Assembly: GCA_965240325.2 (NCBI GenBank)
Contig: OZ251238.1
Coordinates: 124,001-188,000 of the forward strand
Origin: Rebecca billardiae RCC1528
Taxonomy: Eukaryota > Protista > Haptophyta
Reading direction: 5' to 3'
Length of the DNA: 64,000 nucleotides
The position numbers were made by a program, and so were the translations under genes. Within the stretch, counting starts at the first letter, position 1, and each line of letters opens with the position of its first letter. The notes beneath the pieces were generated by a model, which worked only from the letters and a program-made list of their open reading frames with translations, was not told where the DNA came from and did no database searches. Below, in pieces: positions 43,594-55,170 of the stretch.

Positions 43594-44910
43594 TCACGAC
43601 ACGGCGGCCCCCTCCGCCGGCTGCGGCTGCTGCGCCGCCACCTGCGCCGCCACCCCGCCCGCGCCGCCCCCACGCCGCTGCTCCAGCCCCTCCGCCACGT
43701 ACCAGACCTCCTCCTCGCACACGCGGCCGCACGCGCCCACCCAGCAGCCGAGCACGCGCGAGACCTCGAGCGAGGGGGGCTGCTCGGCGGGGGGCGAGGC
43801 GGGCGGCGCGTCGGCGGGCGCGGCCGGGCGCAGCGGCTCGAGCTCGACGATCGCGAACCAGTGCTGCTTCTCCGACGCGGCGGCGGCGGCGTCGGCGCCG
43901 CCGCCGGCCGACGCGGAGGGCTCGGCCGCGCCGGCCGCGCCGGCCGCGCCGCCGGCCGCGTCGGCTGCGGGCTGCTGCGCGGCGGCGTCGTACGCGAGCG
44001 GCTCGACGCCCGCGCCGCGCCATCGCGGCACGACCGCCGCGTTGAGGTACACCGTCCCGCCCCGCGCGTCGTGCACCACCATCGTGCGCAGCCCGCCGCC
44101 GATCAGCCGGCGGTGCATGTGCCCAAAAGCCACCAGCGGCACGCGCTTGCCCGCGCCGCGCGCCATGCGCACGGCCGTCGCGAGGTCCTTGTCGCCCCAG
44201 TCGCCGCCGGTCTGCCCCTTGCGCGCGCCGGCGCGGTGGGCCCAGTCGCGCCCGCAGATGTCCGCGCGCTCGGCGCCCAGCCCCGTCGGCCCGTTGTGCG
44301 CGAGGAACACCACGGCGTCCGACTGCGCGCGCGCGGCGATCCGGCCCATGCGGTCGCCCGACTCGAGGGGCGAGCGGAGGCCGTACTGCTCGAGGTAGAA
44401 CTGCGGCCAGATCGGCCCGCCGATGGAGTAGGGGCGGCCGCCCACCACCGAGAGCCCGAGCGCGGGCAGCTCGCGCTTGGCGTACTCCAGGTTGCACTCA
44501 GCCAGCAGCTCGCGCTGGCGCTCGAGCGGAGTGAGCCCGCCGTGCCGGCCGCGCGCCGACTTCTTGGGGCGGCGCCTCTTGCGCGGGTCGAGGGAGAACC
44601 ACGCGTCGTGGTTGCCGAAGATGGACACCCGCTCGCCCGGCGTCTCGCACCGCGCCACCGCCTCCACCGTCGCCACGTCCTCGTCGCCAAAGTCGCCGAC
44701 GAACAGGACGGCGTCGACCGCAGGCCGCAGGCCGCGCAGCGCGGACGCGTCGCCCTCGTCCCACTGGCCGTGCATGTCGCCGACGACGGCGAGGCGGACG
44801 GGGCGCGCCGGCGGGGCCGCGCAGCTCGCCGACGCCGGCGACGCCGCGCCGCCCGGCCGCGCGCCCGCGGGGCCGAGGGCCAGCGCGGCCACGTGCGCCA
44901 GCCACAGCAT
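43594..44910 (-). CDS. Metallophosphoesterase, TIGR04168/DevT-like
   Basis: VGDMHGQW, VGDFG, FGNHDAW, AHNGPTGLG..DICGRDW..GGDWGDKDL, FGHMH, YLNAAVVPR; signal-like N-terminus. Confidence 0.88.
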   Translation of the reverse strand: MLWLAHVAALALGPAGARPGGAASPASASCAAPPARPVRLAVVGDMHGQWDEGDASALRGLRPAVDAVLFVGDFGDEDVATVEAVARCETPGERVSIFGNHDAWFSLDPRKRRRPKKSARGRHGGLTPLERQRELLAECNLEYAKRELPALGLSVVGGRPYSIGGPIWPQFYLEQYGLRSPLESGDRMGRIAARAQSDAVVFLAHNGPTGLGAERADICGRDWAHRAGARKGQTGGDWGDKDLATAVRMARGAGKRVPLVAFGHMHRRLIGGGLRTMVVHDARGGTVYLNAAVVPRWRGAGVEPLAYDAAAQQPAADAAGGAAGAAGAAEPSASAGGGADAAAAASEKQHWFAIVELEPLRPAAPADAPPASPPAEQPPSLEVSRVLGCWVGACGRVCEEEVWYVAEGLEQRRGGGAGGVAAQVAAQQPQPAEGAAVS

Positions 44911-44959
44911 GGGGTCGTGCGCTCCTTCGGGCCGTGCTGGACTGCTGGAGTGCTGCTGA

Positions 44960-46077
44960 GCCAAGGGGAGTCAGGGTACAGCACGTCCAGTTGGGCTGCA
45001 GCTGGAGCTTGGGTCCAAAAGCTTCCCGCGGCGCAGCGGCACTCGCCGCCGCCGCCGCCGTCGAGGGGCGGTTGTGGCGCGCACGGCGTGAGCCGCTGCG
45101 GGCGCTGAGGTGCGCGCGACGGCGGCGCGCCCGGCGGCGCTGCTGTAGGAGGCCACTGCCCTCCTCTCTGCCCCGCGCGCTTCGCTCGTCGTCGCCGTCT
45201 CCGCGCCTGCGACTCAGCGCGCACGCGAGCGCCGCACCGCCCGGCCGCCGGGGCAATCTCAGCCGTGACTGCGCATGTGCGTCGCGACCTGGTCGGCCCA
45301 GCGCGCGAGGCGCGTGTGGGCGAGGTAGGGCCAGTATGGGCGCGCGCCATGCCGCCTCGACCTTGCGCCGGTGGGCATGTCGCGGGCCTTGCACCTCTGT
45401 CGACAACGTTGACAAACAATGCGGCACCCAAGCGCAGACGTCAGTGTGCACGATCGAGGCAGTAGGCGTACAGACGCCATAGTTGCAGAGCCTTTTGTGA
45501 TCGTTCGAAACATACATCGTCAGTGGCTCTCGTCCAGGTCGTCTGCGCGCGGAACTGACGTTTTGACTGAGTGCCTCGAAATCGCCTCGACGATGGCCCG
45601 TGCATTGCTTGAACACAGTCCAAGCGGCCAACCAGACACGCGTGCTCAGTCTCCTGATGTACGCTCTGATGGTTACTAGAGGCGGCATGGCGCGCGCCCA
45701 TACTGGCCCTACCTCGCCCACACGCGCCTCGCGCGCTGGGCCGACCAGGTCGCGACGCACATGCGCAGTCACGGCTGAGATTGCCCCGGCGGCCGGGCGG
45801 TGCGGCGCTCGCGTGCGCGCTGAGTCGCAGGCGCGGAGACGGCGACGACGAGCGAAGCGCGCGGGGCAGAGAGGAGGGCAGTGGCCTCCTACAGCAGCGC
45901 CGCCGGGCGCGCCGCCGTCGCGCGCACCTCAGCGCCCGCAGCGGCTCACGCCGTGCGCGCCACAACCGCCCCTCGACGGCGGCGGCGGCGGCGAGTGCCG
46001 CTGCGCCGCGGGAAGCTTTTGGACCCAAGCTCCAGCTGCAGCCCAACTGGACGTGCTGTACCCTGACTCCCCTTGGC
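44960..46077. mobile_element. Foldback/long-TIR non-autonomous element (1118 bp, 399-bp TIRs), TGA target duplication
   Basis: 44960-45358 is the reverse complement of 45679-46077; TGA at 44957-44959 and 46078-46080. Confidence 0.9.
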
Positions 46078-46168
46078 TGAGCGATGACCGGCCGGGGCCA
46101 CGCGAGTCCGGCGGCGCCGCCTCGCTCCGGGCCGGTGCCGACCAACGTCGCTGAGAGCAGATCGACTA

Positions 46169-46809
46169 AAGACCCTTCAGGAAAGGTTGTGGCCCCACTG
46201 CGACCGCCCGGACGAGGGCCGCTCGGAATAGCCGTGAGTGCGACGTCACGCGCCGCTGTTCGGCCTGAGCGCCGCTAATGAGGCCCTGGCAGCGCCCCAT
46301 ACCCACCATGCGGCCGAGTAGCCCTCTCACGCCTCTCACGACAGCCTGTAAGCCACACCGTGAGCAACGCGGCAGCCATCGGAGCCGATCGTCATCACAC
46401 ACACCGTTCAAAATAGAAATGGGAGCAGCTACGGGACGCATCCGCCACTCGTCTCTTCTCTACAGACGTCACAGCGTTGCGTGTTGCTGCTCCGGCGGCA
46501 TCAGCACGCACTCACGCCTATTTCGGGCGTGCAAAGAGCAGCGCGTGCAAGCTGTTGCGGTTCACTGCGTTGCAGATCGCGCGTCGGTGACAAGGTGGCA
46601 GAGACGACGGATGACAGCATGCCGAAGCGGCGCATGCCCTTCCAATTGGTGTCTACTTGCCCACCATCCACCCCGGCGGACGATCCGGCGATGGCGCCGC
46701 GACTCTGAGCGCGCACAGTAGGCGAGGTGCGCTGGCGGGACGAGCCGGGCGGCATGCCGTCAGTGGGAACCCACTGAAGCCGGGGCCACAACCTTTCCTG
46801 AAGGGTCTT
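46169..46809. mobile_element. MITE (641 bp) with 28-bp TIRs, flanked by TA
   Basis: AAGACCCTTCAGGAAAGGTTGTGGCCCC ... GGGGCCACAACCTTTCCTGAAGGGTCTT; TA at 46167-46168 and 46810-46811. Confidence 0.87.
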
Positions 46810-46917
46810 TACTTCTTTCTGTCTTCCACGACGACGGTGGCACGGAGTCGGCTGGCTCAGCTAGCCCGTAGCCGCTAGCCCCCGTCCGCGTTATGGCCTA
46901 CACGGGCTACCGCAAGC

Positions 46918-48605
46918 GACAGGTTGCACGGAAAAATGACCGCCCGCGACTGACAGATGTTACATTCACAGTGGACGTGACCTGTCCACCCGTCTTTCGG
47001 TACATCGCGCCCGTCCCATGGCGGCCGGCGCGTGGCGCGAGTGCTTGGAAACCACGGAGCACACGAATGCCGGTGGTTTCCGACCTTCGCCGCCACGGCC
47101 CGCCTCCCCGTTCGCCCGCAATCGGTACCGCAGTCTGGTGCCCAGTTCCTCTCACTCCCGCGTCGGCAGTGGCGCGAAGCCGAAGCGCATCGGGAATAAG
47201 AAGCACAACTGGGACCTGGATACAGGTGGTAGATAGAGCCTTCAAGGAGGCTGCCGTCGCGAACGAGCAGGATGTGCCGGTTGTAGTATGCGCGTGCACC
47301 CTTGCACGAACGTGTGCTGGTCTCCTGCTGCACTGCTCATACCGTACGCACGAGCACGCAACCGTGCGCACGCGCTCAGGTGGCTCGGACCACACACGCG
47401 AGTGCTTGTGAAGCTCGCCTCACGAGGCCTTCGTAGAAGAAGGCGGGCAACCGGAGCGCGCTAAGGAAACAGAAGACGATGCTCGCCAAACGCGTCCAGC
47501 GCACGAGGGCGAAGCTTGCTACGGCGCGCGCGGCCTCTGCTGTTGCAGCTCGGGCCGCTGCTCCGGCCGTGCAGGCGTCTGGCGCGGGGTCCTCGGACAA
47601 GCAGGCGAACTCTGGGCAGTCTGCCTTTGCCGCCGGCAAGAAGTATCGGAAGCGCACGCATTTGGTCGAGCGCGTGGCTCGCTCGCGCGCCGTGACGCAG
47701 CAAGCAGGCGATCCTTGACAAGCGCCTCGCTGACGCTCAGCAGGCCGAGGCAACAAGCGCGGCGCTCGACCACGCTGACAGGCACGCCCTGAGTGAGGGG
47801 GAAGGCACCTTTCGAGACAGCACTCAGGCGCTCGACGTTGAGTATCTCATTGATCGCGCGCGTGTGTGATCACGTCAGCAAGACTAAGTCGCGCGAGGTG
47901 GAGTAGGTGGTAGCGCGCCTCTTCGCCGCATCATCCGCAGCTGACTGGCGTGCACCCGCCAGCTCGCTCACGTCGCGCGCGGCAGCGGTCGGCTTCCACC
48001 CTGTTCGCACAGCGCGGCGCCGGCTGCACCGCCCGTTCCGCTGGACGCCGGCTCGCTCGTCGTTGGCGACTTCTTCTTCAACCCGGTCGCGCGGGCGCGG
48101 TGATGGTACACTCCGGCAGGCAGATGCGGCGCACTGTCTGATGCTCTATGCGTGCGCGTGCCTTTCCACGACGTCGACTCGGGCTGCTACGCGTGGCATC
48201 CAGCTCGAGGCGGAGGTCGCCAGGGCTCGCCCAAGGTCGAATCTGCCTTGCGTGTGCTGGGTCGCCGAGGTGCGGCCGCAGGGTGCTCGCTGGCTGACTC
48301 CTGACGATGACGAGGAGTTGCGCGCCGTCGCAACTTCTCGCACGTATCGTGCCGACCGCGAGTCGAGTGGATGACGCTCGTGGCGGCTGCTCTTCAAATG
48401 ACGCGGTTGGGCCCTTGGCGAGCTTGGGAGGAGGGCTCGGTCTGCTACATGTGCGTCAGTAGGCACGGCCTAAACCGTGCGCAAGACTCATTGAGTCGTA
48501 CATGGCGCGGCAGCAACGGCCGCACCCGCGAGGGCCCGTGGGCGGGCAGCCATGCTCCAAAGGGCCGAAATGTAACACCAAGGTCAGTTTCCCGTGCAAC
48601 CTGTC
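46918..48605. mobile_element. Non-autonomous TIR element (1688 bp), 24-bp TIRs, 4-bp TSD AAGC
   Basis: GACAGGTTGCACGGAAAAATGACC / GGTCAGTTTCCCGTGCAACCTGTC (2 mismatches); AAGC at 46914-46917 and 48606-48609; subterminal TGTTACATT at both ends. Confidence 0.83.
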
Positions 48606-49097
48606 AAGCAGAGAGTACTCGGACGTGGTTGTCCTGTCGTCACTATCAGCCCTGTCGGTGTGGCCTCGGTCTGCCACCAGGCCGCGCCGTGCGCCAGGCT
48701 GCAGGGCACCCATGCTGCTGTGTGTCATGCGCGCTGGGCCGCCGGCCCTGGCGACTCGGCAGCGAGCGTGGCAGAGACCAGAGTGAGACTGGCAGCGGTC
48801 CGGTCTGGCGGTCCTCCCTCGCGTGGGCTCTGGGACTCCGGACTCACCGGACTGTCCGGACTGAGCCGCGAGCAAGTCGAACACTCGGACACGGCTGCCG
48901 TCCGTGCTGCAGTGCAGCCATGCTGCCAGCGCGCGGCCCGCGGCAAGCTGTCCGCGTCGGCACACCACCCGAGCGCGTGCGCGCGCGGTGCTGCTGCGCG
49001 CAGCGGCGGCGGAGGGCGGCGGAGGGCGCGGCGGGGGCACAGCCGCGGCGCCGCGGCCCGCGCTGCGACCGGGCGCGCAGGGCCGGTGCGGCCCCAG

Positions 49098-51578
49098 CTA
49101 GAACGGGGTGAAGAGCCGCCCCGTGCCCAGCGGCGAGTAGGGGTTCACCTTGGCCCTGCGCAGCGGCGCGCGCGCGCCACACGCCGCGCGTGCGCGCGCG
49201 TGAGCGCAGCGCGCGCCGCGCGGCGTGCCGCGTGCCGCGGCGCTGCGCGGCGCTGCGCAGTGCTGCGTGTGGGCAGTGCGCGCACCACATCACGGCGTCG
49301 GAGAGGCCGAGCGCGCTCTCGCCGTCGTCGAGCACCACCACCGGGCCCTGCGCACGCCGCGCGCCGCACGCACGGCGCACGGGGCGACGCGCTTCAGCGA
49401 GCGTCGAGCGCGTTGCTGCCAGCCGCGCGCGCGCGCCGCGCGCGGGCAGCCGCGCGCGGCGCGGCGCGCGCGGCGCGGCGCGGCCGTGGCGCGCGCACCC
49501 GCACGCGCCGCCCGTTGAGCAGCGAGGTGCGCCGGTTGCTCACGTGGCCCGAGGCGGGGAGCGTCGCGCCGAGCACGCGCACCACGCTGTCCGCGCTCAC
49601 GGAGAGCGGGTCGCCCGGCAGCCCGGGCGGCGGCGCGGCCGGCAGCTGCTCCGCGCCGCCGCCCGCCGCCGCGCCGCCCGCGCCGAGCGGCGGCAGCGGC
49701 GACTCTCGGCCGGAGCCGCCGCCGCCGCCGGCGCCGGCGGCGAGGGCGGGCGTGTGGTGCGCGGGCGGGTGCGCGGGCGCGGCGCGCGCGCTGGCGAGCG
49801 CGCCGAGCTCGTCCGCCACGCTCCTGATCCGCGCCGCCGCGCCGTCCGCGTCGCCGCCGGCGGGGTGTGGCGGCAGCAGCGCGGCCAGTGCGCGCGCCTC
49901 CGCCTCCGCGCGCGCGGGGTGGGCGAACGCCTGGCAGCCGTCTCGCACGCCCAGCGCGCACTCGACGGCGAGCGCGCGGAGCTTGGGCGCGTCGAGCTCG
50001 GGCGGGCCGGCGTCGAAGCGCGGCTGCGCGCCCGGCGACGACGGCGGCACGCCCGACCCCGCCGGCCGCCCCAGCGCCGCGGCGAGCAGCGGGCGCAGCA
50101 CGGGCGCGAAGCCGCGCGCGCACGCGTCCGCGCAGCCGCCGTAAGCGCACAGGCAGAGAATGGCGGCGCGCGTGGGCACGTCGACGGCGGCGGCGGTGGT
50201 CGGGTCGAGCGGCAGCGCGCGGCACGCGTCGATCGCGGCGCAGAGCGGGCCGCCCAGCCCCGCCGCCGCGCGCACCGCCGAGCCGCCCGCCGCCGCCGCG
50301 GGCGCCGGGCGGCGCACCTCGGTCGACGCGGCGGCGGCGCGGAGCGCGCCGAGGGCGGCGGCGGCGGCGGCGCCGAGCTGCGCCGGCCCGCACAGGGCGA
50401 GGTGCACGATGGCGGCGGGCGCGTCGGCGCGCGCGGCGGCGGCCTCGGCGAGCGCGGGCTGCTCCGCCGCGCCCGCCACGCCCGCCGCCTCGCGCACGCG
50501 CGCCACCACCTCCGCGCCCGCGCCGCCGAGCGCGGCGCGCGCGCACAGCGCGCCCAGCCGCGTCGCGCGGCGCGGCGCGTCCGCCGCCGGCTCGTCGGCC
50601 TTGAGCGCGGCCGCGGCCAGCTCCCACGCGCCGTGGCGCTCGAGGCGGCAGGCGAGGAGCCACGCCGCGTGCGCCTGCGCGCGGGGCGGCGCGGGGCCGG
50701 GGCGGCGCGCTGAGCGGGGGGCGGCGGCGCGCGAGGGCGCGGGCGGCGCGCGAGGCCCCGCGCGCGCCTTGCGCGCGCCGCGCCGCGCGCCGCCCCGGGC
50801 GCCGCCGCCGCCGGGCGGCGCGGGCGCGCGCGCGCGCACCTTGAGCTCGCGGTGCGCGGGCAGCTGCAGGCAGAGCGCGAGCGCGAGCTCGGGCATGTGC
50901 CCGCTCAGCAGCGCGCCCACCGCCGCGTCCACGCCGTGCGCGCCCAGCGGCAGCGTGAGGTACGCGCACGCCGCGCCCACCGCCTCCCCGTGCGCGTAGT
51001 GGTGCGCAGCGGCCGCGCGCACGACACGCAGCTCGGACGCGGAGACGGCGGCGACGCCGTCGCCGAGGGCGTCGGGGGGCGAGGGCGGGCCCGCGCCGAG
51101 CGCGGCGCCGAGCGCGTCGGCGCCGCCGTCCGCGCCGCCGCCGCCACCCCCGCCGCCGCCCCCGCCGCCCCCGCCCCCACCGCCGCCGCCCGCCGCGCCC
51201 GCCGCGGCCGCGCTCGCGTCCGCACTCGGGTAGACTCCCGCAGCGACGCCCGCGGCGATCACGGCGGCGTCGTGATGCTGCTGGCGCGCGAGCAGCTCGT
51301 CGATGAGCTGCGAGGCGTGGCCGCCGGCGAGGAAGAGCGGCGCCGCCACCTCCACCGCCTCGCCCTGCTGCAGCGACGCGTGCGCGTACCTGCGCATCAG
51401 CTCGGCCCAGTAGGCCGGCCCGACGGCGGGCGCGACCGCGAGCGCGGCCGCCCAGTTGTTGTCGCCCAGCTGGCACTCGCACCACTCGCGGAAGTGGCCT
51501 GCGCGCGGGGGCGGCGGAGGGGGCGGGGGCGCGCGCGCGCGCTCAGCTCGGACGCGGGCGCACGCGCGGCGCGCGGCA

Positions 51579-51612
<34 letters not shown>

Positions 51613-54600
51613 GCGTGCGCGTGGTGCGTGCGCGCGGCGCGCCGTGCGCAGGTGCCGCGCGCGCGCACCCAGCCTCAGGTGGTGGGACGCGAGCAGCGCC
51701 GCGCGCTCCTCCTTGCGCAGCCGCTTGGTGGAGGAGGCGGCGGTGCCCATCGACGTGGACAGCGCCAGCCGGCCCGTGTTGCCGCGCGAGAGGCGGGTCT
51801 CGCGCCGCGTCGAGTGGTTGAGGGTGAGCCCTGCGCGTGTGTGCGTGTGCGTGTGTGTGCGTGCGTGTGCGCGTGTGTGCGTGTGTGCGTGCGTGCGTGC
51901 GCGCGTGTGCGCGCGTGTGTGGCGGCAGCGGGGGCAGGGGCAGGGGCAGCCGTCAGCGTGGCTCGCCCCGCCCGGCGCACGCCCTGCCCGCGCGCAGCGC
52001 CGCCCGCGCGCCCGCTCGCGCGCGCGCACCCTGCAGCGACGCGTGCACGTGGTGCAGCTGCCGCCCCAGCGGTTGGAAGGCAGCGTCAGGCGGCACCTCC
52101 GCGCCCGTGCGCAGCGCCTCCGCGAGCTGCCACACGTTCGCCACGCCCGTGGGCGCGTGCACGAAGGCGGAGAGCTCGCGGAGCAGCGCGAACCAGCCGA
52201 CGCCGCCCGCCTTCGCCGCGCCCTCCAGCTCGCCGATCCGGGCGCGCACCGCCGCGGACGCGGCGCCGGCGAGCGCCGACGAGCCGCCGCCGCCGCCCGG
52301 CGCGCCGCCCGGCGCGCCGCCCGGCGCGCGCTCGTGGTGGGGCGAAGGCGGCAGCGTGACCGGCAGCTCGCGCGTGGAGGAGTCGAGCACCGACCAGCCG
52401 GACGCCGAGGCCTCCGCCGCGGCGCGCGGCTCGAGCACGAACGGCGCGAGCAGCGGCGTGAGCGCCCCCTCCAGCGACCACATGCGCAGCTGCGCGCGAC
52501 AACACGGCGCGCGCGGGCGGCGCGCGGGCGGCGCGCGCGTGAGCGGCGCGCGTGAGCGCGCGGCGCGGCGCGAGCGCGCGCGCGCGCGCGCGCGGGGCCG
52601 CGCGCGCGCGCGCATGCGCGCGCGCCGTGTTGTCGCGCGAGGCGGTGAGCACGAAGAAGGGCCTGTCCGGGTGCGCGGCGATCGCGTAGATGTCGACGGC
52701 GTGCTCCGCGATCGCGTACAGCAGCCGGCCGCCCGCGCGCACGTCCCACGCGCAGAGCTGCCCGTCCCAGCCGCCGCTGAAGAGCAGCCATGGCAGCTCC
52801 GGGCAGAAGCAGAGGGCGCGCGCCTTGGAGGTGTGCCCGCGCAGCTCGACCGAGCCGCCCGCGCCGCCGCCCGTCGGCCCGCCCGGCGCCAGCCTCCACA
52901 CGCGCACCGTGGTGTCGTCCGAGCTCGAGGCGAGCGTGTGCGGCTGCGCGGGGCACCACGCCACGTTGAACGCGCGCGCCGAGTGGCCCTTCAGCGCGTG
53001 CAGCGGCGGCTCGGCGACCTTGAAGCCGCCGGCGACGAGGCGGAGCACGGCGTGCACGCGCACCACGCCGTCGTGGCACGCGCTCGCGAACGTCGCCACC
53101 GCGTTCTGCGCCGCGCCGCCCTCCGCGCCCTCGGGCGCCGCAGGGCACCACGCCAGGCCGTACACGGCTGCGGGCAGAAACGCCTCGCACCAGCGCCGCC
53201 CGTCGGGCGCGTGCAGGTACACGCGCGCGTCGGCGCAGCCCATGCCGATGAGCTGCGGCTCGAGCGCGCACCAGTCCACGCTGAACAGCGCCTTCTCCGT
53301 CGCGGACACCTGCGCGCCGACGAAGCGCGCGGGCGCGCGGCGCGCGGCGGCGCGGCGCGTGGGCGGCCGCGCGCTCGTGCGCGCGCGGCGCGCGCGCGCG
53401 GCGGCGAGCAGGGCGGGCCCCGCCGCGCGGCGCGGCGCGCGCACCTGCACCGCCGCGCCCGCCTGCCCCGTGTGCACGTCCCACACGATCAGCGAGCCCA
53501 CGCCCGAGACGCACGCCAGCCGCTCCCCGCGCGACGGCTCCCACGCGCACGCGTACAGCGCGCCGCGCGGCTTGGACGCGACGCCAGGCGGCGTGGCCTT
53601 GGGGTGGGGCGTGCTGCGCCAGTCGCCGAACTTGTCGGCGCCGCCCGCGGCGGCACCGCCGCCGCCGCCCGCCCGCCCGCCCGCCACCGCCACGCTGTCC
53701 GCGAAGAAGGTCGCGATGCACGCCGCGTCGGCGGCGCCGCCTCCGCCCGCGCACACCTCCCACAGCCGCGCCGAGCCGTCAAACGCGGCCGACGCGACGC
53801 GGTTGGGGTCGGTCGGGTGGAAGCGCGCGCCGAAGACGGTGTCGGTGTGCCCCGTCGTCGCGACGAACGGCCAGTACCGCCGCTCCAGGTCGTACACGCC
53901 CACCGCGCCCGAGCGGAACGTGACGACCGCGCGGCGCGAGCCGTCGGCCACAAACGCGAGCGCGTGGCAGCCGTTCTCGGCCGAGCGGTCGAGGCGCAGC
54001 GTGGAGGTGGGCGCCTTGTGCGAGACGTTCCACAGGCGGACGGTGGAGGAGGTGGAGGCGATCGAGACGAACGAGCCCGGCGCGCCCGGCATCCACGCGA
54101 GCGCGTGGTGCGCGCGCGGCAGCTCCGCCTCGAAGCTCTGCACGGGCACGCGCGCCTCCACGTCCACGAGGCTCAGCTCTCCGTCCAGCGACGCCACCAG
54201 CATGTAGTGCTCGGAGCAGGGGTCCCACGCCACGTCGGTGACGGGCGCCTTGTCCTTGGTGTGGTACTGCCACCGCACACTCGTCCCCTTCTGGTCCGCG
54301 CTCCCCGTCTGCGCCAGCACCGCGACGCAGCCGCCGATCGTGCCGACGCCGAGCCGCGACGTGCGCCCAGACCAGCGCAGCACGGTGGGCGTGTGCGTGA
54401 AGGTGGTGATCAGGCTGGTCGTGCCCGCGGTGAGGTCGTGGAGCTGGAGGCGCCCGTCCCGCGCGCCCGACGCCACCAGCGCGCGGTTGTGCTGCGCCCA
54501 CGCCACCGAGTACACGCCGTCGACGCGCACGCGGCCCGCCTCCGCCTCCGCGTCCACGTCCCACGTCACGATGTGGTCGGTGACGGTGACGGCGAACTCG

Positions 54601-54809
54601 GAGGCGGAGGCGGGGTTCCACGTGATCCCGCCGAGCGTCTCGTCCGCGCCGTGCAGGATCTTCTCGAGCTGCCACCCGCCGTGCTCGCTCTGCGCGTACA
54701 CGTAGATCGAGAGCGTCGCGCAGTACGCAAACCGCTGGCCGTGCGTCGCGACGACCGACTTGTTCCAGACCTGGCAGCCCGAGGGCACGGTGTAGAGCTG
54801 CGTGAGCAT
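49098..54809 (-). CDS. WDR17: WD repeat-containing protein 17 (multi-exon)
   Basis: N-terminus SGCQVWNKSVVATHGQRFAYCATLSIYVY and C-terminus QGPVVVLDDGESALGLSDAVMW..VNPYSPLGTGRLFTPF match WDR17 as I recall it; many GH..WD repeats; several GT-AG introns. Confidence 0.9.
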
Positions 54810-55170
54810 GGCGGGCACGCGCGCGGCGGCCGAGCGGGGGGAGCGGCCGGCCGCTCGCTCTCGAGCTCCGCCTGCCTGCCGGGGGCAGTTCGTGCGCGTC
54901 CGCGCCTCCGCGACGCCACACACGCCGCTCCGCTCACGCGTGCACGCTGCTACTTGCATCAGAGGCTCGTCTCGGACTCTCTGTCATCTCTCTGTGAGAC
55001 GAGGGGCCGGACTTTCATCAAGGCGCCTTGCAGGAGTTGCAGCCGCCCGCCGCTGCCATCGTGCGGCTTTCGAACCGCCGCTTGGGGGCCAGGGCCGGCT
55101 CAAAGCCGGCAAAAACGCGCACGCGCGCTCTCCGCTCTCAACCGCTCGGACGGCGCGCGCGCGCGGCGCG

